From Candidatus Heimdallarchaeota archaeon (GTDB lineage: Archaea; Asgardarchaeota; Heimdallarchaeia; Heimdallarchaeales; Heimdallarchaeaceae): 64,000 bases of DNA. Both the position numbers and the translations under genes were made by a program. The notes under the pieces were generated by a model, which saw only the letters and a program-made list of their open reading frames with translations, was not told where the DNA came from and ran no database searches. Where the stretch lies: assembly GCA_030603365.1 (NCBI GenBank), contig JAUVXV010000003.1, positions 128,001 through 192,000 of the forward strand. The letters run 5' to 3'. Below are positions 1 through 8,524 of the stretch, piece by piece. The first letter of the stretch is position 1, and each line of letters begins with the position of its first letter.

Positions 1-1
1 G

Positions 2-76
2 ATACTAAAAGAGATTCCCAAGATTAAAGAGAATCTACAAAAAGATAATATTGAATACTATTTTGAGCAAGATTAA
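2..76 (+). CDS. 3' end of an unidentified CDS running in from the window edge (...ILKEIPKIKENLQKDNIEYYFEQD*)
   Basis: Open frame from base 2 to TAA at 74-76 with protein-like composition; too short to identify. Confidence 0.45.
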   Translation: MLKEIPKIKENLQKDNIEYYFEQD

Positions 77-125
77 AGAAAATTCATACGAATTATATTT
101 ATTTGCCTATTTTCAAGTTATATCT

Positions 126-938
126 ATGGAGCCAGTATATCTAAGAAGCAATATCCCATTCCTAAAAAGCACTCAACCTTTAATAATGGCTCATAGATGA
201 CGAAGTGCGTTTACACCTGAGAGTTCTTTTCAATCTTTCAAGGAAGCATATGATCTTAAAGTCGATGTTTTAGAAACCGATATTAGATTAACTAAGGACA
301 ATATTCCAATCGTCTTCCATGATGAAACACTTGATAGAACAACTAATGGAAAGGGTAAAATCAGAGATCATTCTTTTGAAGATTTACATGATATTAATCT
401 AGGTTACATGTTTAAGGATGAAAAAACAGGAGATTATTCTTACAGGGTTAAGAATTATAAGATTCTTTCTTTGGCAGATTTTTTTGATAAATTTCCAAAT
501 ATTAAGGTGACTATAGATATTAAAGATGAAATCAGAGAAGCTCCAAATGTAATTCTAGAAGTAATTAGAGAGTCTGGTGCAGAAAATAGAGTGATGATTG
601 GTTCTTTTCATCACAAACAACTTGTTAGATTTAGAACTCTAAGCATTAATCTATCAATTCCAACAAGTGCTAGTCCAAAAGAGGTCTTAATTTTTATATT
701 TCACCTCACTAAATTGAAAAAAAGAAATTATTGTGCTTTGCAAGTGCCTATGAATTATGGTTGGTTACAAATAGTAACTGAGAATAATGTTAAGAGAGCA
801 CATAAGTTAGATTTAGCTGTTCATCCTTGGACGATTAATAATGGAAATGAAATTAGACAATTACTAGACTGGAATATAGATGGGATTTTCACTGATGATC
901 CCGAGTTATTAATCCAAATAATGAAAGCTAAACTGTAA
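126..938 (+). pseudogene. Glycerophosphodiester phosphodiesterase (GDPD/UgpQ family) with an in-frame TGA at 198-200
   Basis: From ATG126 the frame reads MEPVYLRSNIPFLKSTQPLIMAHR*RSAFTPES...LETDIRLTKDNIPIVFHDETLDRTTNG, in frame with ORF 408..938 (WTIN...DGIFTDDP). TGA occupies the Gly position of the AHRG motif. Confidence 0.85.
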
Positions 939-1773
939 AATGCTGAATTAGTTTTTGTATTTCATCTTCAGGTATCTTGACTTCTCCGAAAATAGCTTTG
1001 TGATCATGAAGATCTGAACCTCCTGTCATGAGAAGATCATTTTTCTTGCAAAATTTTTCAAGAAAAAGAATGCCATTTTTTACCGTTCTTTCTGAAAGAT
1101 GTGGACAATGATAACTATAATTATAGTAAACTTCAATACCTTCTAAACCCCACGAGAGCAATAAATTCAAATAATATTCGAGTTTTTCAATATCCTCAAC
1201 TTCAACTAATAGAGGATGGGGGAGAATCGTTGTGCCTTTAGCTGAATGAATTATTTTTATCGCTTCTTCTGGTTCAATTGTTTCTCTTCTAACATATCCT
1301 GGTTTTCCTACTCCTAAGTATTTCTCAAAAGCTTCTTTCACAGTCTTAACATGACCATTTTCTACTAAAGCTCTAGCAAAGTGAGGTCTTCCTGCACTTA
1401 CTCCTTCACCTATTTGTTTCATTATATCCTCATAAGTAATGTCAATGTCAATTTCTTCTAGCCTAGCTATTACTTTGTGAATCCGCTGTTTTCTAGCCAT
1501 CTGTAGCAACTTAAGCTTTTGATTAAAATTCTTATGCAGAACATCAAAGTTATAACCAAGTATCTCTATTTTCTGCTTCTCATATCTTGATGATAGTTCT
1601 ATCCCTGTGAGATACATAAAAGAGAATTCTTCACTCTGTTCTTTTGCTATATTTGTTCCGTCGATAGTGTCATGATCAGTTATCGAAAATATGGTTAATT
1701 CCTTTTGTTGAGCAAATGATAAAAGTTCTTGAGGAGAAAATACTCCGTCTGAAAATGTAGAATGGCAGTGCAT
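928..1773 (-). CDS. PHP-domain phosphoesterase (TrpH/YciV-like)
   Basis: (D)MHCHSTFSDG, ITDHDT, GIELS, GRPHFA, HP, GIEVYY, TGGSDLH motifs. Confidence 0.9.
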   Translation of the reverse strand: MHCHSTFSDGVFSPQELLSFAQQKELTIFSITDHDTIDGTNIAKEQSEEFSFMYLTGIELSSRYEKQKIEILGYNFDVLHKNFNQKLKLLQMARKQRIHKVIARLEEIDIDITYEDIMKQIGEGVSAGRPHFARALVENGHVKTVKEAFEKYLGVGKPGYVRRETIEPEEAIKIIHSAKGTTILPHPLLVEVEDIEKLEYYLNLLLSWGLEGIEVYYNYSYHCPHLSERTVKNGILFLEKFCKKNDLLMTGGSDLHDHKAIFGEVKIPEDEIQKLIQHFTV

Positions 1774-1788
1774 ATCAATTTTCGTTTT

Positions 1789-2202
1789 TCACACCCTCAC
1801 CTTGAAAAGCTTCTGCGCAAGATTCTCTAGCTCAGAAAAGATTTGATAAACAATAAAGACAATTCCAAGCCCCCAAGCAAGACCAACCAATAAATAGCTG
1901 AACCATTGAACATTGCTTGTAAAATAGGTAATCATATACATAATAGCTTCTAATATAGCTAAAATTGGCAAAGTTGAATAGAGAAGAGGTAACCAGCTTA
2001 CTTTGCGATAAACAATGAGATTATCTCCATCTCCTTCAGTTTTATATTTGATATGAGCCATCGGAATAGCTATTTGGCAAGTAAGAATGATAAGATTATC
2101 TTCTCTTTTCTTCACTCTTAGAGTAGTTCTTTCTCTTGCAATTACATCTAACATATCAATAAATTCATGAGATTTTAATGCAAGGTATTCGAATTGTTTC
2201 AT
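1789..2202 (-). CDS. Hypothetical membrane protein (2 C-terminal TM helices)
   Basis: Soluble N-half, two hydrophobic segments; lies between pcp and the PHP gene. Confidence 0.7.
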   Translation of the reverse strand: MKQFEYLALKSHEFIDMLDVIARERTTLRVKKREDNLIILTCQIAIPMAHIKYKTEGDGDNLIVYRKVSWLPLLYSTLPILAILEAIMYMITYFTSNVQWFSYLLVGLAWGLGIVFIVYQIFSELENLAQKLFKVRV

Positions 2203-2209
2203 ATTATTC

Positions 2210-2839
2210 TCACTCTACTTGTGATTCAAGTTCATCTAATGTGGTTCTAATAATGATTTCCAAAGCTTTAACTATTAAATCCAAAGACATGGATGGAGTC
2301 TTCTTCCCAATTACTTGTTCTGGAAGAGAAGGTATATGTACAAAACCTGCTAGTCTCTTATAATTTTTTAGATTTATAAGATACATTAAATGGTAAAATA
2401 TTTGATTGCATCCATAAGTTCCTGCAGAATTTGAAATTTCAGTTGGAATTTTGTTTCTTTCTAGTTCATTTTTGATTTTTCGAATTGGAAGAGTGCTAAA
2501 ATATCCAGCAGCACCAGTTTCTTCTAAAATCATATTATTCGGTTTTGCTCCACAATTATATGCGGTTTTTATTACATCTGCCATATTTATTGCAATTCTC
2601 TCTAAAGATATCACACTACGAGTAGATTGACCTGTGCAAATAATGACTTGAGGTTCTTCCTTTTCAACTATTAATTCCAATGTTTCTTTAATTTCGTTGA
2701 ATCTTAAAGGAATTTTGTGAACAGAAATTTCATATCCTCTAATTGTTCTTTTTGAGATTTTTTGACTTGCTAGAATGGAGGGATTTATGTCAGATCCTCC
2801 AAAGGGTTCAAAACCTGTAAGAATTACTTTTTTCACCAT
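2210..2839 (-). CDS. pcp: Pyroglutamyl-peptidase I (C15)
   Basis: LTGFEPFGG..INPS, LERIAIN, SNSAGTYGCN (catalytic Cys), GFVHIP. Confidence 0.95.
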   Translation of the reverse strand: MVKKVILTGFEPFGGSDINPSILASQKISKRTIRGYEISVHKIPLRFNEIKETLELIVEKEEPQVIICTGQSTRSVISLERIAINMADVIKTAYNCGAKPNNMILEETGAAGYFSTLPIRKIKNELERNKIPTEISNSAGTYGCNQIFYHLMYLINLKNYKRLAGFVHIPSLPEQVIGKKTPSMSLDLIVKALEIIIRTTLDELESQVE

Positions 2840-3021
2840 TTAAATCATCTTACTAGGGATTATATTGTTTGTTCCCACCAGAAGATAGATGATAACTATC
2901 TTAAAAAATCTATGCAATTTAAACTCAGGTGCTTTACATAGGGATATTTCAAATTTTCATTTCAATCTAAAGACTTTTAAAACAGATTTTCTCTTTTCAG
3001 TCTGTCAAATAGGTGTCATAA

Positions 3022-4011
3022 ATGACCAAAAGTGAGCTACTAAAATTAGCTGGTATTGGACCTAAAGCTGCAAAAACGCTAGAAGATTGTGGTTACAATA
3101 CTATAGAAAAAATAGCTAAAACTACAGCTGATGAGTTATCAGAATTACCGGGTATAGGAAAAGCAACTGCTGAAAAATTAATTCAAAGTGCAAAGGAAAT
3201 GGTTCCTGCAGCTAAACCTGCAGCTAAACCTACTGCTAAAATCCCTACTGCTAAAATCCCTACTGCTAAAAAGCCTACTGCTAAAAAGCCTACTGCTAAA
3301 AAGCCTACTGCTAAAATCCCTACTGCTAAAAAGCCTACTGCTAAAATCCCTACTGCTAAAAAGCCTACTGCTAAAATCCCAACAGCCAAGAAAGAAATCT
3401 TAAAGGAAACAATTCCAAAGCCAATAACTGTTAAAGCCGCTACAAAACCCGTTGCTAAACCTTCCGAACCTCTGCCTTCCGTTAAGAAACCCGCTGCTAA
3501 ACCTGCTGCTAAACCCGTTGCTAAACCTCCAGCAAAACCCGTTGCTAAACCTCCAGCAAAGAAACCTGTAGCCATAACACCTGCTGCTAGAACCGTTACT
3601 AAAAAGCCTGCTGCTTATGCGAAACCAAAAATTTCGAATGCTGCAAAACGTGCAATTGAATTAGCTCCTGAGATGAGAATTATTAAACAAAAAAGAGCAG
3701 GTAAAAAAACTAAAGTAGTCAAGAAAGAGAAGATTTCTCAAACTTATGGGATTGTCAACAGTATTGTACATGACCGTACAGGAAAATCATCTAATAGATC
3801 AATAGTTGTGAAGCTTTATAATACAGAAATTCCTCTTCCTAAATATCTGGGAAGGAAAGTTACTGTGTCTTTTCCAAATTCATCTAAACAACTTACAGGT
3901 GTAGTTTCCAAGATTCATGGAAAAAAATCCTCAGTGGATAAGACTATAATAATAAGGTTCAAGCAAGGAGTAAGTCCTCATATTATTACTGGCAGAGCTA
4001 TATTTGCATAA
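3022..4011 (+). CDS. HhH domain + Lys/Ala/Pro/Thr-rich (histone H1-like) linker + C-terminal ribosomal eL33 (L35Ae)-like domain
   Basis: Two HhH motifs (LAGIGPKAA, LPGIGKATA); PTAKK/PAAK repeats; the C-terminal GIVNS...YLGRKV...LTGVVSKIHG...IIRFKQGV matches the archaeal L35Ae pattern by eye. Confidence 0.75.
   Translation: MTKSELLKLAGIGPKAAKTLEDCGYNTIEKIAKTTADELSELPGIGKATAEKLIQSAKEMVPAAKPAAKPTAKIPTAKIPTAKKPTAKKPTAKKPTAKIPTAKKPTAKIPTAKKPTAKIPTAKKEILKETIPKPITVKAATKPVAKPSEPLPSVKKPAAKPAAKPVAKPPAKPVAKPPAKKPVAITPAARTVTKKPAAYAKPKISNAAKRAIELAPEMRIIKQKRAGKKTKVVKKEKISQTYGIVNSIVHDRTGKSSNRSIVVKLYNTEIPLPKYLGRKVTVSFPNSSKQLTGVVSKIHGKKSSVDKTIIIRFKQGVSPHIITGRAIFA
3229..3378 (+). repeat. Coding tandem repeat, 10 x 15 bp CCTACTGCTAAA(ATC/AAG) = PTAK(I/K)
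   Basis: Read directly from the sequence; a degenerate 11th unit follows. Confidence 0.97.
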
Positions 4012-4052
4012 TCATCCTATAATTTTAAAAGGGATGATTCTATTATTTTCAT

Positions 4053-4418
4053 ATGGTAAGGAAAAGAGATTTAATAACCTCTGCAAGAATTGTCTCTTAC
4101 ATAGGAGGAGTTCTTTATATTCTGGGAGCTGCTTTATTATTCCTTAACCACTTTATACCAGCTTTTGAGTTAGGATATGTTGGAACACGAGTAATAATCT
4201 ACTTATTTGGTTTATCTTTTAATGGTGATATTCTAGTTCTTGCCATAGTTGGAGTAGTAATAGGTGGCGGTATAATCATCTTACTAGGAGCAGAAACCTC
4301 ACATCTTCTTACAGGAATTCTTCTAATTGTACTAGCTGCTATAGGACTTGGAATTCCTGCAATACCAACTTTTGCTGGTGCAATATTATATCTGATAGCT
4401 TATACAAAGAAACGTTAA
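4053..4418 (+). CDS. Small Gly-rich multi-TM membrane protein (paralog 1)
   Basis: About 4 hydrophobic segments; similar to 4537..4893. Confidence 0.75.
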   Translation: MVRKRDLITSARIVSYIGGVLYILGAALLFLNHFIPAFELGYVGTRVIIYLFGLSFNGDILVLAIVGVVIGGGIIILLGAETSHLLTGILLIVLAAIGLGIPAIPTFAGAILYLIAYTKKR

Positions 4419-4536
4419 GAAAAAGTCCTTCAAATTACTCCCTATCTTTTAATTAGTTTTTCATCTGTGAATCCATTGAGAGATGTCTTAGAAAAATAGA
4501 AAAAAATTTATATACAATCGATACAATCTCTTTTCC

Positions 4537-4893
4537 ATGGCAAGGAAATCATCATGGGCTACTTGGGGTAGAATCCTTGGTGCTATAGCAGGTATACTTT
4601 GGATTGTATCAGGTGTCCTACAACTTATTGGAGATATTCTTGGCGAGAGTTTTACAAATATAGTCAACACAGCTGCATGGCTTAATGGCCTTGGAGGAGT
4701 AATAACTGATTTAATTTATGCAATAGTAATTATTGTTATAGGTGTATTAGTTTTCTTATTAAGTGTTGGAAGATTTGGAATAAAATACCTCATCATAGGA
4801 ATTCTCTTGATTGTTTTTGCTATTATCGGAAGTGGACTTCCAGCAATTTTAGCTTTAATTGGTGGAATCTTCTACATAATAGCCGGAGTATAA
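4537..4893 (+). CDS. Small Gly-rich multi-TM membrane protein (paralog 2)
   Basis: MARK...GRILG vs MVRK...ARIVS; GILLIVFAIIGSGLPAI vs GILLIVLAAIGLGIPAI. Confidence 0.75.
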   Translation: MARKSSWATWGRILGAIAGILWIVSGVLQLIGDILGESFTNIVNTAAWLNGLGGVITDLIYAIVIIVIGVLVFLLSVGRFGIKYLIIGILLIVFAIIGSGLPAILALIGGIFYIIAGV

Positions 4894-4903
4894 TCAATCA
4901 ATA

Positions 4904-4919
4904 TTCTTTTTTTTTCTTA
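4904..4919 (+). terminator. Oligo-T archaeal terminator
   Basis: T-rich tract about 10 nt after stop 4893. Confidence 0.55.
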
Positions 4920-4961
4920 TTTATTTTACAATAGTTTTTATATTTTGGTTCTTCCATTTAT

Positions 4962-7940
4962 TTGAAGAACATGTCTGGTACTGGTCAACAACCTCCAGCT
5001 CTGTTTTTAGGTACAGAGCATTCAACAGATGAACCCGTTTATTTGCCATTAAAAGCACTTAATAGACACATTAGTGTTTTTGGACAATCTGGTAGTGGTA
5101 AAACCGTAGCTTGTAAAATTTTGATAGAAGAAGCAGTTAGAAATGACATCCCAGCTATTATTATCGATCCTCAAGGAGATATCAGCAGTTTAGCAATGGT
5201 TGAGGATTATGAGAAGCTAAAACCATATGGGATTTCAGAAGAGTTCTACAAACAATACAAGGATAAAGTAGAAGTAGTTATTTTTACTCCAGCATCAGAA
5301 AAAGGGATTCCTCTATCTATTAATCCTCTAATTATGCCTCCACAAGAACTTGACAGAGAGGAGAAAATTCTAGCAATAGATGGTATTGCTACAACTATGG
5401 CAAATGTATTAAGATACAAACTTAATTCAGAGAAAGGAGGGGCAGTTAAAGCTTATCTTGTATCTCTTTTTGAGCAATGTTTGGAAAAAGACATTTTGAT
5501 TGCAGATTTCGAGATGTTGATTGATTTAATAAAAACAGAGGAAGCTTATCTATCCGATAGCATCCGATCACTATTGTCAACAAAAGAGAAAGAATCATTG
5601 ATTAAGAGAATAAAATCAGTAAATGTAGGTGCTTCTTCGCTTGTATTCAATCTAGGTCCTAAATTATCTGTTCAGACATTAATTAGATCAACAAATCCTG
5701 ATAAAATAAGAATAGCGATTATATTTCTAAATACTCTTTCTAGTCTGAGATTAAGGGAATTGTATATTACAACTCTAGCCCAGAGTCTTTATACTTTCAT
5801 CCGCTCTAATCCTTCAGATGATCCTCAACTAATATTCTATATAGATGAATTAGCAGGACCACCTCAGCTTATACCTCCTCATCCTAAAAACCCTCCAACA
5901 AAACAATGGCTTCAGTTGCTGTTTAAACAAGGTCGTAAATATGGTTTATCAATGCTAGTTGCTACTCAGAATGTTAGTGATGTTGATTACAAATCCTTTG
6001 GACAAGTGAGCACCTTTCTTTTTGGTAGATTTGTAACTCCCCAAGATTTGAGAATTGTGGATAAAATGTTACAATCTCATCCTGAAGCTAGATATATTGT
6101 TGATCAGCTTCAAAAATTCAGAAGCGGTGAATTCTATATTCTTTCACCAGACAATTTCAAAGCTCCCGTTCACATTTTAACCAGAAGATTATATTCGGTT
6201 CATAAAACACTGTCAGATGAAGATGTAGCAAAAATGTATGAATTGCCTCCCCCAACGTTGTGTAAACAAATTGGAGATTATGATCACGATATAGATTCAG
6301 TAGATTTTGAAGACATAGAAAAGGAGTTAAATTTAGAAGATTTAGAGAAAGAGCTATCAGCTATTCGAAAACTGACTAAGACTTCTAGTCTATTAGATAA
6401 GCAAGTTGATATCGAACCTGAAGAAGATGAAGATGAACTAGAAACAGACGAAGAATCAGCAGAAAAAGAAGAGCTTACAATAAGTGAACCAGTTGATGAG
6501 ACAGTAATAATCGAGTCAATAGATCTGAGTCATATCGTTGGTTCAATGGGTGAACAGTTTCTTAAGTATGAACCTGTTGATTTTAAAGAACTTTTACAGA
6601 AGTTTTTTGGAAGAGAAAAAATCAAATACCTTGGTACTGAAAATCTTGAATTAGCTTATCTTCCTTTCCTCTACTTGGATTTCCAAATTAAAGCTGTTCG
6701 ACGAGTAAAGGTTCATTATGCTAATGCAGAAAGGTGGGAAGATATAGCTTTAGAGCAGCCGATAAAACGTATTTTTCCTCTAATTGATAGAATTGAATAC
6801 AGTGATGGTGAAAAGATTTGGAATGAAACAAATATTCCAATTCAACCTGAAGAGATTTTCGAAGAATTAATCTCAATTCTTCCAATGAAGAATTTGGGGA
6901 GTTTATTTGCTCCTTCTTCATCTAATATCAAGAAACTGGAGGTTCAACGTAGTCCCGAGAGCATCCTAGAATCTTTCCATGATGTGCTATTAATAGACCA
7001 AACTTTCTATGTAGATACTTGGAGCAAGGCAATTAACGAAGGTTTGCTTAAAATAGAAGATGATCATGAAGCGGAAATTAAAAGTTGGATGGATGAACTG
7101 GAAAAAGAAAGAGAACAAATATGGACTATAATTGATGATAAAAGGAAGAAAGTCAAGCAATTTAAAGCTAAAATTGAAGAAGCAAAAGCTATTTACGTTA
7201 CCCTTAAGCCTCTAATGGAAGATAAATTCAAATATAAGAGTACAGCTGAAGTCGGTAATTATAATAAAGCAGTGGAAACAATCAAATTTGGTCCAGAGGT
7301 TGTGAAAAATTTCGTTAAGGATGTAGAAAAGGGTATAACTAGGATTAAAGAGATAGACAAGATGTTTAAAGCTTCTCCAAAAGTAAAATTGTTAGATGAG
7401 AGCAAGCACATCATCAATAAAAGAGATTTTATTACTCCAAAGTCATCAGAGATGAAAGAAATCTATGCTGCATTAGTTTATATTCCTGTTTCTTTAGCTA
7501 AGATATCTATTGTTGACTCTCAAGGAAACAAAATTCAAGTAAATGGTATCGCTGAATCTGTTCTAGGCACAGAGGTTCATCTATTATGTGATGTGTGTTT
7601 AAGTAAGCATTCTGCTAAAATGCTCTTCGTTTCAACTCCTGATGTTTGTTCAGTCTGTGGGAAGGTTCTATGTCAAGATCATACTATTGTTGACAGCGTA
7701 ACAAAATCGATTTTATGCTCTGAACATGCAGTTGTCTGTTCTTATTGTCAAAATGTAGTTTCATCAGAGAAAGGAACAAAGTGCGATTTCTGTGATGACT
7801 ATGTGTGTGAAGAACATATATTCCGATGTTCGTCATGTAAGAAAGTTCTTTGTAAGAAACATTCAAAAGAGATAGAGAAGAAAGGGATGTTTAAAGAAGA
7901 AAAACTTTACAAATGCCCTGATCATGTCAAAAGGAAGTGA
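4962..7940 (+). CDS. HerA/FtsK-superfamily ATPase (DUF87/DUF853-like) with acidic linker, coiled coil and C-terminal multi-Zn-finger region
   Basis: RHISVFGQSGSGKT (Walker A), IIDPQGD, FYIDE (Walker B), QGRKYG...ATQ; repeated CxxC...CxxH at the C-terminus. Confidence 0.88.
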   Translation: MKNMSGTGQQPPALFLGTEHSTDEPVYLPLKALNRHISVFGQSGSGKTVACKILIEEAVRNDIPAIIIDPQGDISSLAMVEDYEKLKPYGISEEFYKQYKDKVEVVIFTPASEKGIPLSINPLIMPPQELDREEKILAIDGIATTMANVLRYKLNSEKGGAVKAYLVSLFEQCLEKDILIADFEMLIDLIKTEEAYLSDSIRSLLSTKEKESLIKRIKSVNVGASSLVFNLGPKLSVQTLIRSTNPDKIRIAIIFLNTLSSLRLRELYITTLAQSLYTFIRSNPSDDPQLIFYIDELAGPPQLIPPHPKNPPTKQWLQLLFKQGRKYGLSMLVATQNVSDVDYKSFGQVSTFLFGRFVTPQDLRIVDKMLQSHPEARYIVDQLQKFRSGEFYILSPDNFKAPVHILTRRLYSVHKTLSDEDVAKMYELPPPTLCKQIGDYDHDIDSVDFEDIEKELNLEDLEKELSAIRKLTKTSSLLDKQVDIEPEEDEDELETDEESAEKEELTISEPVDETVIIESIDLSHIVGSMGEQFLKYEPVDFKELLQKFFGREKIKYLGTENLELAYLPFLYLDFQIKAVRRVKVHYANAERWEDIALEQPIKRIFPLIDRIEYSDGEKIWNETNIPIQPEEIFEELISILPMKNLGSLFAPSSSNIKKLEVQRSPESILESFHDVLLIDQTFYVDTWSKAINEGLLKIEDDHEAEIKSWMDELEKEREQIWTIIDDKRKKVKQFKAKIEEAKAIYVTLKPLMEDKFKYKSTAEVGNYNKAVETIKFGPEVVKNFVKDVEKGITRIKEIDKMFKASPKVKLLDESKHIINKRDFITPKSSEMKEIYAALVYIPVSLAKISIVDSQGNKIQVNGIAESVLGTEVHLLCDVCLSKHSAKMLFVSTPDVCSVCGKVLCQDHTIVDSVTKSILCSEHAVVCSYCQNVVSSEKGTKCDFCDDYVCEEHIFRCSSCKKVLCKKHSKEIEKKGMFKEEKLYKCPDHVKRK

Positions 7941-8524
7941 CAAATATCTCTAATAAGTATAGAAAAAGACCTTCACTAGTAATTCTATTAGCTGGACTAC
8001 CTGGTACAGGTAAATCGACATTAGCAAGAAAATTAGCTCGTAGATATAGACTCGAACATATCAGTACTGATTCTGTTAGGAAAAGAATTTTTAGAGATGT
8101 AAGAAGAGATCATTTTGGTCGTGGTTCATACTCAAATAGACAAAGGATGGTTGTATATGACACCATATATTATGTAGTTTATACTTTGTTGAAACATAGA
8201 GTCGGTTGTGTCTTGGATGGTACTTTCTATCAGGATAGGATGAGGGCAAAAGTTGGTAGAATCTGTGCTCGGTTCGATGCTAAATTCATCTTAGTAATGG
8301 TAACATGTCCTGATGAAATTATCAAGAAGAGGTTTGAAGAAAGAGAAAAAAGAGAAAGACGAACACTTAGTGACGCTGATTCAAAAATCTATGAGAAATT
8401 TAGACAATTGTTTGAACCCACTAACTTACGTCATATCAAAGTTGATATGGGCACAAATCATGATAAAATCCTAGAATTGATTAGCAATGCTATCTCAGAA
8501 AGAAAAGGTGGAGCTGTTAAGTAA
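7937..8524 (+). CDS. P-loop nucleotide kinase-like protein (AAA_33/COG0645-like)
   Basis: GLPGTGKST, STDSVRK, VLDGTF, SDAD; GTGA overlap with the upstream gene. Confidence 0.88.
   Translation: MTNISNKYRKRPSLVILLAGLPGTGKSTLARKLARRYRLEHISTDSVRKRIFRDVRRDHFGRGSYSNRQRMVVYDTIYYVVYTLLKHRVGCVLDGTFYQDRMRAKVGRICARFDAKFILVMVTCPDEIIKKRFEEREKRERRTLSDADSKIYEKFRQLFEPTNLRHIKVDMGTNHDKILELISNAISERKGGAVK

Noticed and set aside
198-200. Genome-wide TGA=Gly/Trp recoding or selenocysteine
   Set aside because: TGA terminates many clearly complete genes here (e.g. 7940, 25535, 29520), Trp is encoded by TGG, and the site is a Gly position, not Cys
3229-3378. 15-bp repeat array as a CRISPR array
   Set aside because: No unique spacers, the unit is a multiple of 3 inside a CDS, and there are no cas genes
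3183-3575. Antisense 130-aa (LAVG)n ORF and alternative-frame 3188..3403 (LLLKS)n ORF
   Set aside because: Shadows of the stop-free PTAKK repeat
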